64,000 nucleotides of DNA from Priapulus caudatus (taxonomy: Eukaryota). Positions within the stretch are counted from its first letter, which is position 1, and every line of letters starts with the position of its first letter. This document shows positions 51,987-64,000 of this stretch, one piece after another. The notes beneath the pieces are model-generated. The model saw nothing but the letters and a program-made list of their open reading frames with translations, was not told the DNA's origin and made no database searches. The stretch is taken from positions 792,976 through 856,975 of the forward strand of contig NW_014577083.1 in assembly GCF_000485595.1 (NCBI RefSeq). Reading direction: 5' to 3'. A program made the translations under genes and the position numbers.

Positions 51987-54900
51987 GAAGATTAAACGTT
52001 ATTGGCGAATGAACAAATCATCAGCTTGTTTTATTTATAGAGGAGATAATATCTCTATGCTCAAAGCCAAAAATTTCATGAAATTCCAGCACCTAATGTC
52101 TACCACACAATTTTGAATTTTTATGTAAAAATGGGTATTTTGGATATTTCTCAACTACCAGAAAGAGTGAGGATACACATATTTTGCCACATGTTAAGCA
52201 CAACATGGACCAAAATAGTGCGTTCAGGATTTTTTTTAAATTTTCATATTTACCGGAAACTGAAAAAAACTGCTTAAAAGATTAGCTTGCTGTTGTTAGA
52301 ATTAGGAGAAATTTTAGCGAATAAAGATGGCATAACTAATAAAAACGGCATTTAATAACAATCCCATGAAGCACTTCTTCTACCACAATAGTGCGTTACC
52401 ATAAAATCGAAGTGTAAATAAATTAATCCGAGTTGTTGATCGCAGAGAGAAATATCATTTGATATACATCGCTACTAGCTCAGAAATGCCGAACAGATGA
52501 AATCCAGCGGTTTTCTAGTTGTTCACAATGACGTGCCCGCCTGGTGCAAAATGGGTAAACGGTATGCTGATATATCTTATTGATTAGTATTTACTGCGAC
52601 ATAAATCCAGACTAACGACCACACTAATTGGTAAATGTTCCATGCACTGATTCTTGAGAAATTCCTGAGAAAGTTAGAGGGTTACCCATCGGCAGGAAAC
52701 GGCGCGGAACTCCGGCTTCATACCATGACGTCACAAAGCTTAAGTATGTCAACAATAACACTACAGTAAGTGTGTTGCGGGGCGTGGCATCCTTGTTGGA
52801 TTCACTAGCAGATGTAGCAGTGAATTACATGAATAACATGTAATGCAGGAGTAAGATAATATAGCTATAATATCCTATAATTATGCTTACTCGCTGATGT
52901 AATGGCCCGCGTACTATGGACTGCCGCAGGGCTATTAGAACATTGTCGCTGGAAATACCCCACTGCCATCCTGCCCCCCNNNNNNNNNNNNNNNNNNNNN
53001 NNNNTCAAAAAATCCCAACAGAGTGAGACTATAGTATAAGTTGTCTATCACTGTCTCACTTTCTGTGAACAGGCATCACTAAATGACGTATTTCGGAGGA
53101 GCTAACCAAGGCTGCTGTAAGATAAAAACACCTCATGGTCTGCAAGCATTACAGTTCATGGGTAGTTGATCGCGAGGCAGTATTGTCAATTGGACTATGC
53201 CTGGTAATAGTACATCTACCACTGGGCTTGGATACTAAGTAGGGCGAAAACGTGGGGGGCGGGGGATCCCCCGAGGTGACTTATCGCCTATAGCATGGGC
53301 GACAGTGTTCAAGACCCTTGATCGGTAGCGCCAGCATGCCGGATCCCGAACGAAACACGATCGCGGGTGAGGGTTTGCCTTGAAACATATTGCCGTCGCA
53401 GTTTGATATCTCGTTGAACAAAACAATAAAGAATATGTGGAGAAAATAGAGCATGTACACAGGCTGGCCAGACACTCATGATTTCTAGACCATACGAATA
53501 ATAGTACGATTGAAATAAAAAATCGTTGAAGCTATAAAAACAAGTGAAACAAAACCGGAAGAACAACAAGCATTAAATTATCACTTACAGATTTTATCAT
53601 ATTTTCGTGCATGTAAAAACCCGTTTGAGATTTATGACATTAGAAGTGTGACAAATCAGTATATCAAGATGAATAAAGAATAATTCCATATTACTAAATA
53701 AAATAAAAGATCATATAAAATCGAACGTAGGCACTTTTAATAGGCGTTGGTGTCCGCAAGCACCATTGGTTATCATCTTGGCATACCTGAACCGTAACCA
53801 ACACATGTTATTGAAGTGTGTTTTTTTTTTCTTCTTTGATCGATCGTCTTTGTCTTTGTTACTACTGGCTCTAGGAACCCACCACCGCTGCAAACATACC
53901 ACGTCAGACACCGGCAGTGCGGGCAGTCATGCAGGGAACATCATTCAACAACCAAGAAGAAACAACGTTATATTGGGAGAATGGGAAGAGAGGCGACGTA
54001 TATAGCTACGACATTGGCTCCTCACTAAAAAACACAGTTTCTCAGGTACAGCACGGAAAAAAAGCAAAGTTAATGAAGAGGTGGTTGTTAGGCCTGAGGA
54101 TGTAGCCCAACGGTCGGGAGAGCCAAAAGGGAGACGCCTGTCTAATAACGTCTCTGTGAGTATAGGATTAAGCGTGGAGAAAAGGAATTGGTAAAAAAAC
54201 GCCAAGAAAACATCGTGGTTGTGGTCGCGCGAATGTCGCCAATGAATGCGCCGAGTCGACGCCGCGTTTTGTTTTGAGCATGTTTCCAAAACAAAACGCC
54301 CAAGGTTCGCGATCTACCTGGAACGACGGTGAGAAACGCGGTGGGGTCGTGCGAAGTCGTGAACAAGCGTCGTAGACATCTCCAATAAAAAGTAGTACAC
54401 TCGACAGTACCCAGCGCCGGTCTCACACGCGGCAAAGACGCTGCGAAGAATGGTAAACATTTTCAACGGCGAAATTCATAGGTATCTGTCATCATCGAGC
54501 AGAGTCATGCAGATGCTAGTATTCCATGCGATCTGTCTCGCCCCACAGGGTGCGCGCACTGATAAGCCAACGGCCGTCGGCCTCTGGTAGCCTTGTATTC
54601 CTTCGGCAATCGTGGTTTACTAACTCAGCAAAAACGCACAAACTATAAACAGTTGAAATCTTCCGAAAATCTGACCAGCTTGATTATATAGTCGGCCGTG
54701 AGAACGTGGTAGAAAACCCGTAAGCGTCGCCGTCGGCAGCGCGATACACGTAGAAGACGCGTGTAAGAACCCCAATGAGCGTGGTGAGAGCGCCGCGAAA
54801 AAACGCACAGGTGATCGCCGTTGCCAAGCGTCATAGAATCTCAATAGAAACGCCAAAAGCGCGGAGAGGTCGTGGCGGGCGCGACGTGCAAAAGACGTAT

Positions 54901-56171
54901 TATTGCACAATGTGCAGTAAGAGCGCGGTTTTTTTCAAGTTTGTAATTTGTTGGGACTTTTTCTCGCGTTGTGTTCGCGTTTGCCGGCGACCTTGTACAT
55001 TTTCAGGTCGCCGTATGGTCGCGGATGGTCGCCGTCCGGTGTGACGGGGGTATTAGATGCATCGATCTTGCTTTCATTCTCAAATAATGAGTACTCAAGT
55101 ATGCTACTTCTGTAAATCGGTAGGGTCTGCGATGGTCGAGGTCGAGTTACAGAATGTGAATTTTTATTTGAGAAGTGTTACCGTTAGTGAAGATTTGGTG
55201 TCATGCGTTACAAATACTAACAGTTAATATATATGATGATATATAATATCATAATATATATGTATATATATATATGTTATGACGGGAGCGCACTGTTAGT
55301 ATAACCGTGGGTAAATGGAGTAAGACTAAACCTGGTTTGTTTGCCGCGTTTGCCGAGAAAATGCATTAATGTAATAATGCAACTATGTTAGTGTAAACGC
55401 GCGAATAAAAGCGCCTGCTGCCTGTATGTACATAACATGCTGACATAACCAATGCCGTTTTTTGTTAAACCTTCCAAAATATGTACGACCTTCAGTTAAA
55501 AGGATACTCGGGATCTGCTAGCAAATGGTATGCACCGTTCGTGTTTGCTTTGCAACCTATTTGCAAATATCTCGGACAATTTGCTCGTTTAACAACAAGC
55601 GACAGCGTTCGCTGTTTGCTGATTCAGCTGAAACTATATAGTCGCGATGAGGTCGATAGAGAGATGGCAGCAGCGGCGCGCAGTGCGTCCAAATTATTAC
55701 ACACACGTAATAGACACCTCTCTCGCCGTTCTTTGCGCCTGCGTTTACTCATAGATCTACAGGTTACTGGACTGTACTACTCTAACCGGATGCTGCGTTC
55801 GCTTCGACACAACACTGATGACGTAGGGGGCTCGAGAGCTGAAGTCCCGCCCTTCCGATATCCGTATATGGTTGTGCGCACAGATGCCTAGTTCACCTAG
55901 CAGAAATCGCTGCCGCACTGGCTGCGCACGTTCCTTTACGGTTGCAACGACGTCGTTCATGCGTTGAAATTAAGAAACAGGTTCTAAGTCGCGAGTGCGT
56001 TGATGGAATGCAGTTGGTTTATAGATAGTCATCTCTCGCGTGCCCGACGTCTAAGGACGACCGATAGAGGCAGTACGGCAGTTGTTGCTATAACGTCTGT
56101 GACCCAAGCATCTACGCGTATTTTACTCCAGTTTTCTCTCCTATTTCGCACATCGGGTGCAGACGATAGAC

Positions 56172-56351
56172 ATGATGCGTGTTGCTGCTGTTGTTGTGTT
56201 CGTGTCCAGTGTGGTCAGCTTGGTGTGTGCCGCCCCGGTTGACCGCACTGTGGAGGGAACCGATGTCGATGGACATGAGTCGACGTTAAGTCACATAGGT
56301 GAACTGTCTGCACCATCTTCACCGCGCGTTGGAACCATGTATGATGCGACG
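56172..56351 (+). CDS. Candidate first coding exon of an unidentified secreted protein or peptide precursor
   Basis: Pyrimidine tract + CAG at 56160-56162, then ATG; MMRVAAVVVFVSSVVSLVCA-APVDRTVEGTDVDGHESTLSHIGELSAPSSPRVGTMYDAT; phase-0 donor ACG|GTATGT. The duplicate at 33549 reads MMRSLLLLLVLLSSVVIFVC. Confidence 0.5.
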
Positions 56352-56885
56352 GTATGTATGCTGTATATAAATTATTGTTATTTTATTACTGCCAATAATA
56401 TTATTATCATAATAATAATAATAATTATTATTATTATGTTATTATTATTATTTCCAAAGTGGATCCCGGCATTAGCCGGTGGTTTCTGGGTTGGCCGTGT
56501 TCCAACCTGGGACATAAGGATTCAATCCAGAATCTGCCGTTATTATTATTGTTATTATTATTATTATTATTGATTATTAGTCGTAGCAGTTGCCGTGGCA
56601 GTAGCTGTAGTACAGTGATACACTGAATTCGAGAAACGAAGCTGAAGGATTCGATAAAGATTACTGTTGCATGCAGTCATCACAGCTGGCTTGTGTAGAT
56701 GCTGTAGCTCTCAAGGAAATCAATGATCTCTTAATGTATAGGCCCGTTTTATTTCCGTTTACAATAATTATCACGCTGTCAGGTTCGGCCTTCATTGTTA
56801 TATATCTGTCTACCTCTCTTGCCATCCATCCCCCCTTCTTCTCCGCTCTCTTCTCTCTCTCTCTCTACCTTCTCTCTCTTCTCTC

Positions 56886-56918
<33 letters not shown>

Positions 56919-57021
56919 CTCTCTCTCCTCTCTTCTCTCTCTCTTCCTCTTCTCTTCTCTCTCTCTTCTCTCTCATGCTCTATCTCTTTCTCTCTCTCTC
57001 TCTCCTTCTCTCGTCTCTCTT

Positions 57022-57055
<34 letters not shown>

Positions 57056-57065
57056 TCTGCTCTCC

Positions 57066-57100
<35 letters not shown>

Positions 57101-57460
57101 CGTCCCAGGTCTTCTCTGTCTCTCTCTCTCTCTCTCAGTCTCTCTGTCTGTAAAACGTGTCTGTCTTTTCTTTCTTTCGCTCTTTCTCTTTTATTTTTCT
57201 CTCTCTCTCTCTCTCTTCTCTCTTCTCATGTCTGTCTTTCTCCTTCTTTCGCCTCTCTCTTTCTCTCTCGTCTTCTCTCTCTCTACTCTCTCTCTCTCTG
57301 TCTCTCTCTCTCTCTCGCTCTCGCGTCTGTCTGGTCTGTCTGTCTTTCTCATTTCTTTCGCTCTCCGTCCTTTTTTTCTCTAATCTATCTCTGGTCTGTT
57401 CTTATCTCCTCTTTCGCTCTCTCTCTCTCTCGTCTCCCTCTCTCTCTCGGCCTCCCGCTT

Positions 57461-57496
<36 letters not shown>

Positions 57497-57507
57497 ACTC
57501 TACTTTC

Positions 57508-57541
<34 letters not shown>

Positions 57542-57949
57542 CATCTGTCTGCCTGTCTTTCTCCTTCTCTCTCTCTCTATCATTTTCGCACTTGCTCGCC
57601 CTTACTCTCGTTCTCGCGCCCTCGCCTCTCTCTCTCTCTCTCTCTTTCTCCTCATCTCTATTTTCTCTTTCCCTCGCTCTTCCTCTCTCTTTCTCTCCCA
57701 TTCTTCGCCCTTTCCTCCTTTCTTAAATACTATATGTATATATATGTCCTACCATAACGTAACTTACCAATCGACAAATCGGACTTCCAATGTTTTTAGC
57801 GTATTAGTCACAGCCTACTCATTGCAGCAATGATTCATTGACAATCTCTAGGGAGGGATGAGACATCTACGTATATAAGGAAGCATTTATCTTATCTGCA
57901 ATCTACGCACTAAGATCTTAGCATGCCTAGCAAGCACGAATGAGGTCAT

Positions 57950-57982
<33 letters not shown>

Positions 57983-58933
57983 GCACGCACGCACGCACAC
58001 GTACACGCACTATTTCGTGTAGGTTCTTGGAAAACGGCAAGCATCAGTACTATTCGTACGCCGAAAGTTTTTTTTACTAACATAATTCGCGAGGGATGAT
58101 TCCGTAGATGAAGTAGCTTGGCAAACTTACGCAGATGTCGCGTAATCACGCGTTAGTTCCACGGTCATTAGGTAGGTGACAATCACGGTTGAATAGGGAC
58201 GTGATAGTAATGACGTCATGATGCTCTGACTAATAGCAAGTTCTTTCTAAAACGTATTGACGGAATGCACGAGTGACTAACGCCGTAGTATTATGCTATG
58301 CTGTACACCTGTCCGCAAAGTTTAGATGACACACTGAACGGAAATAATGGTGCCGCCACGAATACGACCGTGCTCCGGGCTGATGTGTCACGAATTTCCC
58401 GGATCCTGCGTGTACAATGCTCCGAAACACAGACGCCGTGTGATTCACGCGTGCGGGCTTCACGGACGCGTGCCCAACAATTGATGTTTTATTTTTGCTT
58501 AAATAGAATAACGTTTGCATATGTAAATTACAAGGCCACTTTAGACTACTAGGAGTGCCTTACCTGGATGAGTAACACGAAATTAGAAAAGGAAATGCTA
58601 GGCTGAACGAAAAATCGTACTTGGTGCGTAGCGGGGGAGTGGTGCTTTGTGCTCGTGCGTGAATCCGTTGATGCGTGAGTAAAAAGAGCAAACAAAGAGA
58701 GCGAAAGAGCGTATAGAATTGAACGAGCAGCGAGCGACGTGGCGAGGCTGCGCAGAAAGCGGAGAGTGTACAGTAAGGATGCCGGAGGCGAGCGGAAGTG
58801 AAGAGTGAGAGGAAAGAGAGAGCGCGAGAGAGTAGATGAGAGAGAGAGAGCAGTGGATTGAGAGAGAGAGACGAGCAGGAGATGAGGAGAGAGAGAGAGA
58901 CCATAGAGAGAGGAGAGCAGAGAGAGAGAGAGA

Positions 58934-58973
<40 letters not shown>

Positions 58974-61808
58974 AGAGCGAGAAGAATGCAACTCCAAAGA
59001 GCTTTAATATATTACCGAGATGGTTATATTTAATTATTTATTTTTTATGTTATTTTATTATTATTTTATCACTACTATTTAGTTCATAATTAACTCGCGA
59101 AGAATTATCGCTGCGGGAAATCAGAGTAGGACAGTCTATAGTATCTGTCCGATATTGTGATCTTTACAAGACTCGGCTCACTGTCTGAGATGCAGTCAGA
59201 TAGCGGTTCGTTGGACAGCGTATACGCGTGTTCCCCCGCCCCCCACCCCACCCCGCCTTGTAATCCTCGCGAGGACGGCGAGCATTGCGAAGTCACGGTT
59301 GCATCCCATCACAGGGCTATCAGCGATCGATAGTATTTTTTACGGGCGCGGTTTTACACCACCTCACCGTAAGTTCACATTCAGTCCTTGTTGGTGATGT
59401 CCGCGAATAGATGAGTCAGGCGGTATACATCGCGGGCACTGACATTTGGTGGCGTATCTCGCATGATTGAAAATTGTATAACAGCGCTGTATATAGAGAA
59501 TTTACATTATGTCACTGTGTGTGTGGAGGGGGAGCGTGCGTGAGTGCGTGCGTGCGTGCGAGCGTCTGCAGTGCGTGCTTAGTGGACTGTGTGCTGGTGT
59601 GTGTGCTGTGTGATGTGTGTGTGTGTGTGTGTGAGTGCGTGCGAGCGTGTGTTGCGTGGTGTGTGTTATGTGTGTGTGTGTGCGCGCACGCTGCGTTGCG
59701 GTGTGTGGGTTCATGCATGCGTGTGTGCCTGCGTGCATGCGTGCGTGTATTCCAGCGTGCCTGCATGCGTGCGTGTGCGCCAGCATGCATGCATGCGTGG
59801 TGTCGTTGCGTGCGCGTGTGTTGACAGTGATGCGCGGTGTGTGCACGTGTGCAGTCAACGGAATTGCAGATTTAATGTGGAGTAGTAGGCTACAGTATTT
59901 GGTGACGCAGCGTGCCTCCTTAAATACCTACGTTAATGAATTTCAATGCATGGACGTAAACTTCTCTCCAGCTTCTGGGTCGTCAGTTTGCACGGTCGTA
60001 TAAAGAAGACATGCAGTGAGTTTAGATGACCGGCGTCAGTGTGGGGGGAGACAAACGTTCATGAGCTTCCACAAATATTTTTACTTCCAGATGAGAATTG
60101 ACACATGTAGTCCATGATATTATTACACAGAGTTGGTTTCTGTAAAACTCAAACGGCAGAAATGGTACCTCCTGCTAGGGCATATATTCCGTGCTATCTC
60201 TGTGACTATCGAATGTGTGTCGATGGAGTCGTTATAGTGTCTTACTTCCCTAGGACTATATTGCATGTGTACAATATCCGCTACATCTAACTAGCGTAGT
60301 ATAAGTATCTACATGACTAATAGTATGTATATGCGCAGTATTGTGTGCAGTTAATGCCTTGGCTACTCTATCCTATTTGGGTGTACAATACTAGTACATC
60401 TAAACTATAGCAGCTTGTGTGTATACTACTCTCGATCGCGCTACTCTAAGCTGAGCTATTGGGCGTTAATACCTTGCTACGCGAGTAGTATTGCCATGGA
60501 TTGTATAAATCGACGTACTAGAGCACGGTTTGCGTGCATAACAAACATTCCCTTACCTGAGGGAGCGTATTGCACGATATATGGGTCACGTATAACGCCC
60601 ATCGTGCTATATATGCCGAATGTCGCACACGTGTTCTTCCGCATGTCATGTGTCACTCGGCAACATGGTGCTGCAAACTAAGGTATTGAATAAATGTTAT
60701 CGATATATGTACCTTTCCCATGATGCGGGCTCGCGGGCCAGATCGATGGTGTGGCGAGAGGTAGAATACAGCGTAAACAAAGCCAAACAACGTCTCACGC
60801 GGCCTTTGTGCGGCCTGTGTTAATTGTAGTTAACGTGGTGTTTGCCATGGCAAGGGACACTCAAGTTTGCGCTGCGTTTATATAGGCGGTGTGAAGCCTT
60901 CGAATCCAGAATGATAATGAGAGCCATTGGTATAACGTTTAGTTGTACGAGCTCGATGGGGACCCGGTTCATAGTTATTTTGAACAACAAGTAGCGTAAT
61001 ATATTAACGAATGTGCATCTGATCCCTGACAAAACGCTACCAATTTAAAATGCATATCTCCAATCTCCCATTTTAATCATCTAATTACGCACAGGTTTTT
61101 CTCGATTTACATTTAATAGTAAAACGTTGTACGTACATTACGTCAGTACTTAGCACTTGTACAGTACTTCCGCGAGTGTAGGCCTACGGTTGAAAAATGT
61201 CTATCCCGGTGTTCAGATTTAACGCCGAAGTTGTTTTCCGCGAAAATCCCTTTAGAGCCATAAATATAAAGGAATCCTTCTTCGCAATGCCGTATGTGCC
61301 AAAGAAATACTATTTGTTTGAATGTTATACGTGTCATAACATTATTATTTACGTCATTTACTACTTCAATATGTACCGAGAGGTTGTGTCTCGTGAAATC
61401 GTCTTATACACGCGAGACCATACCGCCGGAAGACTAGCATTGACATTTAAATAGATTTAAACTGTAAAAGCGTGTATAACTAAATGAATGTAACCACGTA
61501 AACGCCTGGTTTGTTTGTTTGTGGAAACAGTTACATGGACGCTAGTTTGTATAAACGAAATGGTACCGTGAAACAGTTCTCAGTTCGTGATCGTTACACC
61601 ATTGATTGTTTACATTAAGTTGTTATATTTGGCGGTCACCGGCAGACTGATCGCAATCTATTGCGGAATATTTACATTACATATTTACATCTCGGACAAG
61701 GAATCAGTACATTGGTCGCCACTGTGCCATAGCAAGGTAGGGAAGACGCCAATGGATGCAAATGCAATGACTAGTACTCCCCCCCCAACACACAACACAC
61801 ACCACACA

Positions 61809-61842
<34 letters not shown>

Positions 61843-63116
61843 ACATTACCACACCGGCGCACACACACACCACACAACTCACACACAACGCATACACAAC
61901 ACACACACACACACACACACCACACACAACACAACACAACACAAACTACACACACACACACACCACACACACACACACCACACACACACACACCACACAG
62001 CACACACATTCGACATACGCGTTTGTAAAGCGTCGGTAAATATATGTTAATCAATGCTTTTTCAGAAGTACTTCGCGCGATTTCGGGCTATCTAAACCAA
62101 GTGTTGAAGACTGCGGAGCAGGTTACGCCGCTACAGCGGTGAATCGTAAACCCATGCATGCCGTGTATACTGTAGAGGTCACGCAGGTGGCATTTCACGG
62201 CTCGACATATTTGCCGTATTATATATATATGCTCAAAATATTCCCAGGAAATGATTACGCCAATTTATAGTCGTTGAGAGAATATCTGTAAGTTTGTGAA
62301 AACGCGAGAGGCAAGCTCTGATATATATATAATATTTATATATATATTCTTTGAGCAAAGCACATTCCTACACTGCATTACATTAGTTGAATTGCGTCCA
62401 ATCAAACATCCGCGAAAATATATAGCCCAAACCTAATTTACTGTTCAAATTATGCTAAATTGTATTCCAAGTTCAAAGTAGGTTGCGTGGGAGAGAAGTA
62501 ATGGAGTGGGAATAAAAGAGATGATATATATATTATATAATTATATATATATATATATATATATAACATTGCATGTGCACTATCCAACATTTACTCTTAC
62601 CTTTGCTCTTTGTAAAGGACACGGTTGCATGAGCACGTATATCGCTGCGGAAACGAATACGCACGCGCGCAGTATACCTAGACGGTGAGGGGAGCAGCAT
62701 GATTAGTGACACGTTTTAATTAGACATGCTTTCTGTGAATGCGTTCAGCTTTCACACGCTACTGTTGTATACTATTATTGTTACTTCTCTTGCGTGAACT
62801 ATGCATATCGTTTGTTTTTGCTGTGTTCATCTTGATTCAGGAGCAGGTGTACGGATAGTGCCTTAAGTATGTACTATGGCCGCTGCGACATTACCTAGTG
62901 CGCTACTACGCCATCTACGCACAGCTCCAGTACATGGGACATGTAATAGTTGTTTTTGGTATAAGATATTTCGCATTTAACATGCATTACTGACTCTAGC
63001 TGCCGATAATTCAACTATATAGATGCAAAACGCTCGCAGGTGACGCCTCCGTGTTGGATTTGCGTCTCTCCGCCGGTCTGTCTTTCAGGCCTGCGTTCGC
63101 ACTGCATGCATAATAT

Positions 63117-63170
63117 CAGGAGTGAATAATAATAGATCTAATAATAATAATCTATTATTATTCACTCCTG
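63117..63170. mobile_element. 54-bp hairpin micro-element with 7-bp flanking direct repeat
   Basis: ATAATAT|CAGGAGTGAATAATAATAGAT-12 nt-ATCTATTATTATTCACTCCTG|ATAATAT. Confidence 0.6.
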
Positions 63171-63696
63171 ATAATATCAATAGCAAAATATATCATAAGG
63201 CTACTCTCATTCATTTTCTGTAATGTTCATCCCTGAGACAGACGATCATGCGTCATGGCCAAACACCGTCCCATAAGGATGCTTTACGTTCTTGCGTTCC
63301 TACGTCTGTTGCCATCTAGCTCTAGTACTATAGCCCCTGAGGCAACAATGGCTATAGTACTAGCGCTAGTTGCCATCTTGCTCAGGTTTCTATATCAGCA
63401 CCTGATCATGGAATCAACATCAAGATCAAGATCATTATTTGTGCATGCGAAACAAAATGTCATCACATCTTGTAGCACATATAATGCAGTCCGTGGTTTT
63501 ACTTCACCTGTATAAAAATGATAAAAACCGGTTGTGCGATACTAAGCCATTTTACGCTTAGGACCGACAACGTATAAGTGCACATAGCAGTACTAGATAT
63601 ATATTATTGTGGAGCCAAACGACTGCATTTATCCGCGTGTGCGTCTCTTTCTCCCTCTCTCTCCTCTCCCTCCCTCTTTCTCTCCCTCTTTCTCTT

Positions 63697-64000
63697 TAAC
63701 TCACACTCTCACTCACTCTCTCGCTCGCTCTCGCGCTCTCTCTCTCTCTCTCTCTCCCTCTTTCTCTTTCACTCACACTCTCACTCACTCTCTCGCTCGC
63801 TCTCGCGCTCTCTCTCTCTCTCTCTCTCCCTCTTTCTCTTTCACTCACACTCTCACTCACTCTCTCGCTCGCTCTCGCGCTCTCTCTCTCTCTCTCTCTC
63901 CCTCTTTCTCTTTCACTCACACTCTCACTCACTCTCTCGCTCGCTCTCGCGCTCTCTCTCTCTCCCTCTTTCTCTTTCACTCACACTCTCACTCACTCTC
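63697..64000. repeat. ~72-bp higher-order tandem repeat built from CT/CA/CG microsatellites (~4 copies)
   Basis: The unit TCTTTCACTCACACTCTCACTCACTCTCTCGCTCGCTCTCGCG(CT)nCCCTCTT repeats almost exactly. Confidence 0.9.

Larger units (their letters stand above)
50700..62000 (+). repeat. Copy B of the ~11 kb direct duplication
   Basis: See copy A anchors; interrupted by a 25-N gap at 52980-53004. Confidence 0.92.

Overview
This is animal (invertebrate-like) genomic DNA from a draft assembly, not prokaryotic sequence. It is intron-rich, microsatellite-rich and contains four N gaps. Two conserved spliced genes can be fully reconstructed by hand, arranged head-to-head with only 189 bp between their start codons. 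NDUFA1 (complex I MWFE subunit, 3 exons, 69 aa) is on the minus strand at 12701-18977. UPF3 (NMD factor, 10 exons, ~595 aa) is on the plus strand at 19167-27254 and probably has a GC-AG first intron. The introns and flanks carry many non-autonomous DNA transposons (P-like with 8-bp TSDs, Kolobok-like with TTAA, hAT/Charlie-like, Helentron-associated), an RTE-like LINE remnant, and an Academ-like (XPG + Cys finger) transposon whose empty site is also in the window. Most sequence beyond ~27.6 kb is redundant and riddled with indels: an inverted partial UPF3 copy (46060-50697), an ~11 kb direct duplication (27.6-39.1 kb vs 50.7-62.0 kb) and an inverted duplication (43.9-45.8 kb vs 62.0-63.65 kb). 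These look like uncollapsed haplotypes or unpolished long-read gap fills. The duplicated part holds candidate exons of one or two unrecognised secreted proteins. I found no convincing wholly new multi-gene system; the strongest leads are the UPF3-NDUFA1 divergent pair, the polymorphic Academ insertion and the orphan signal-peptide exon.
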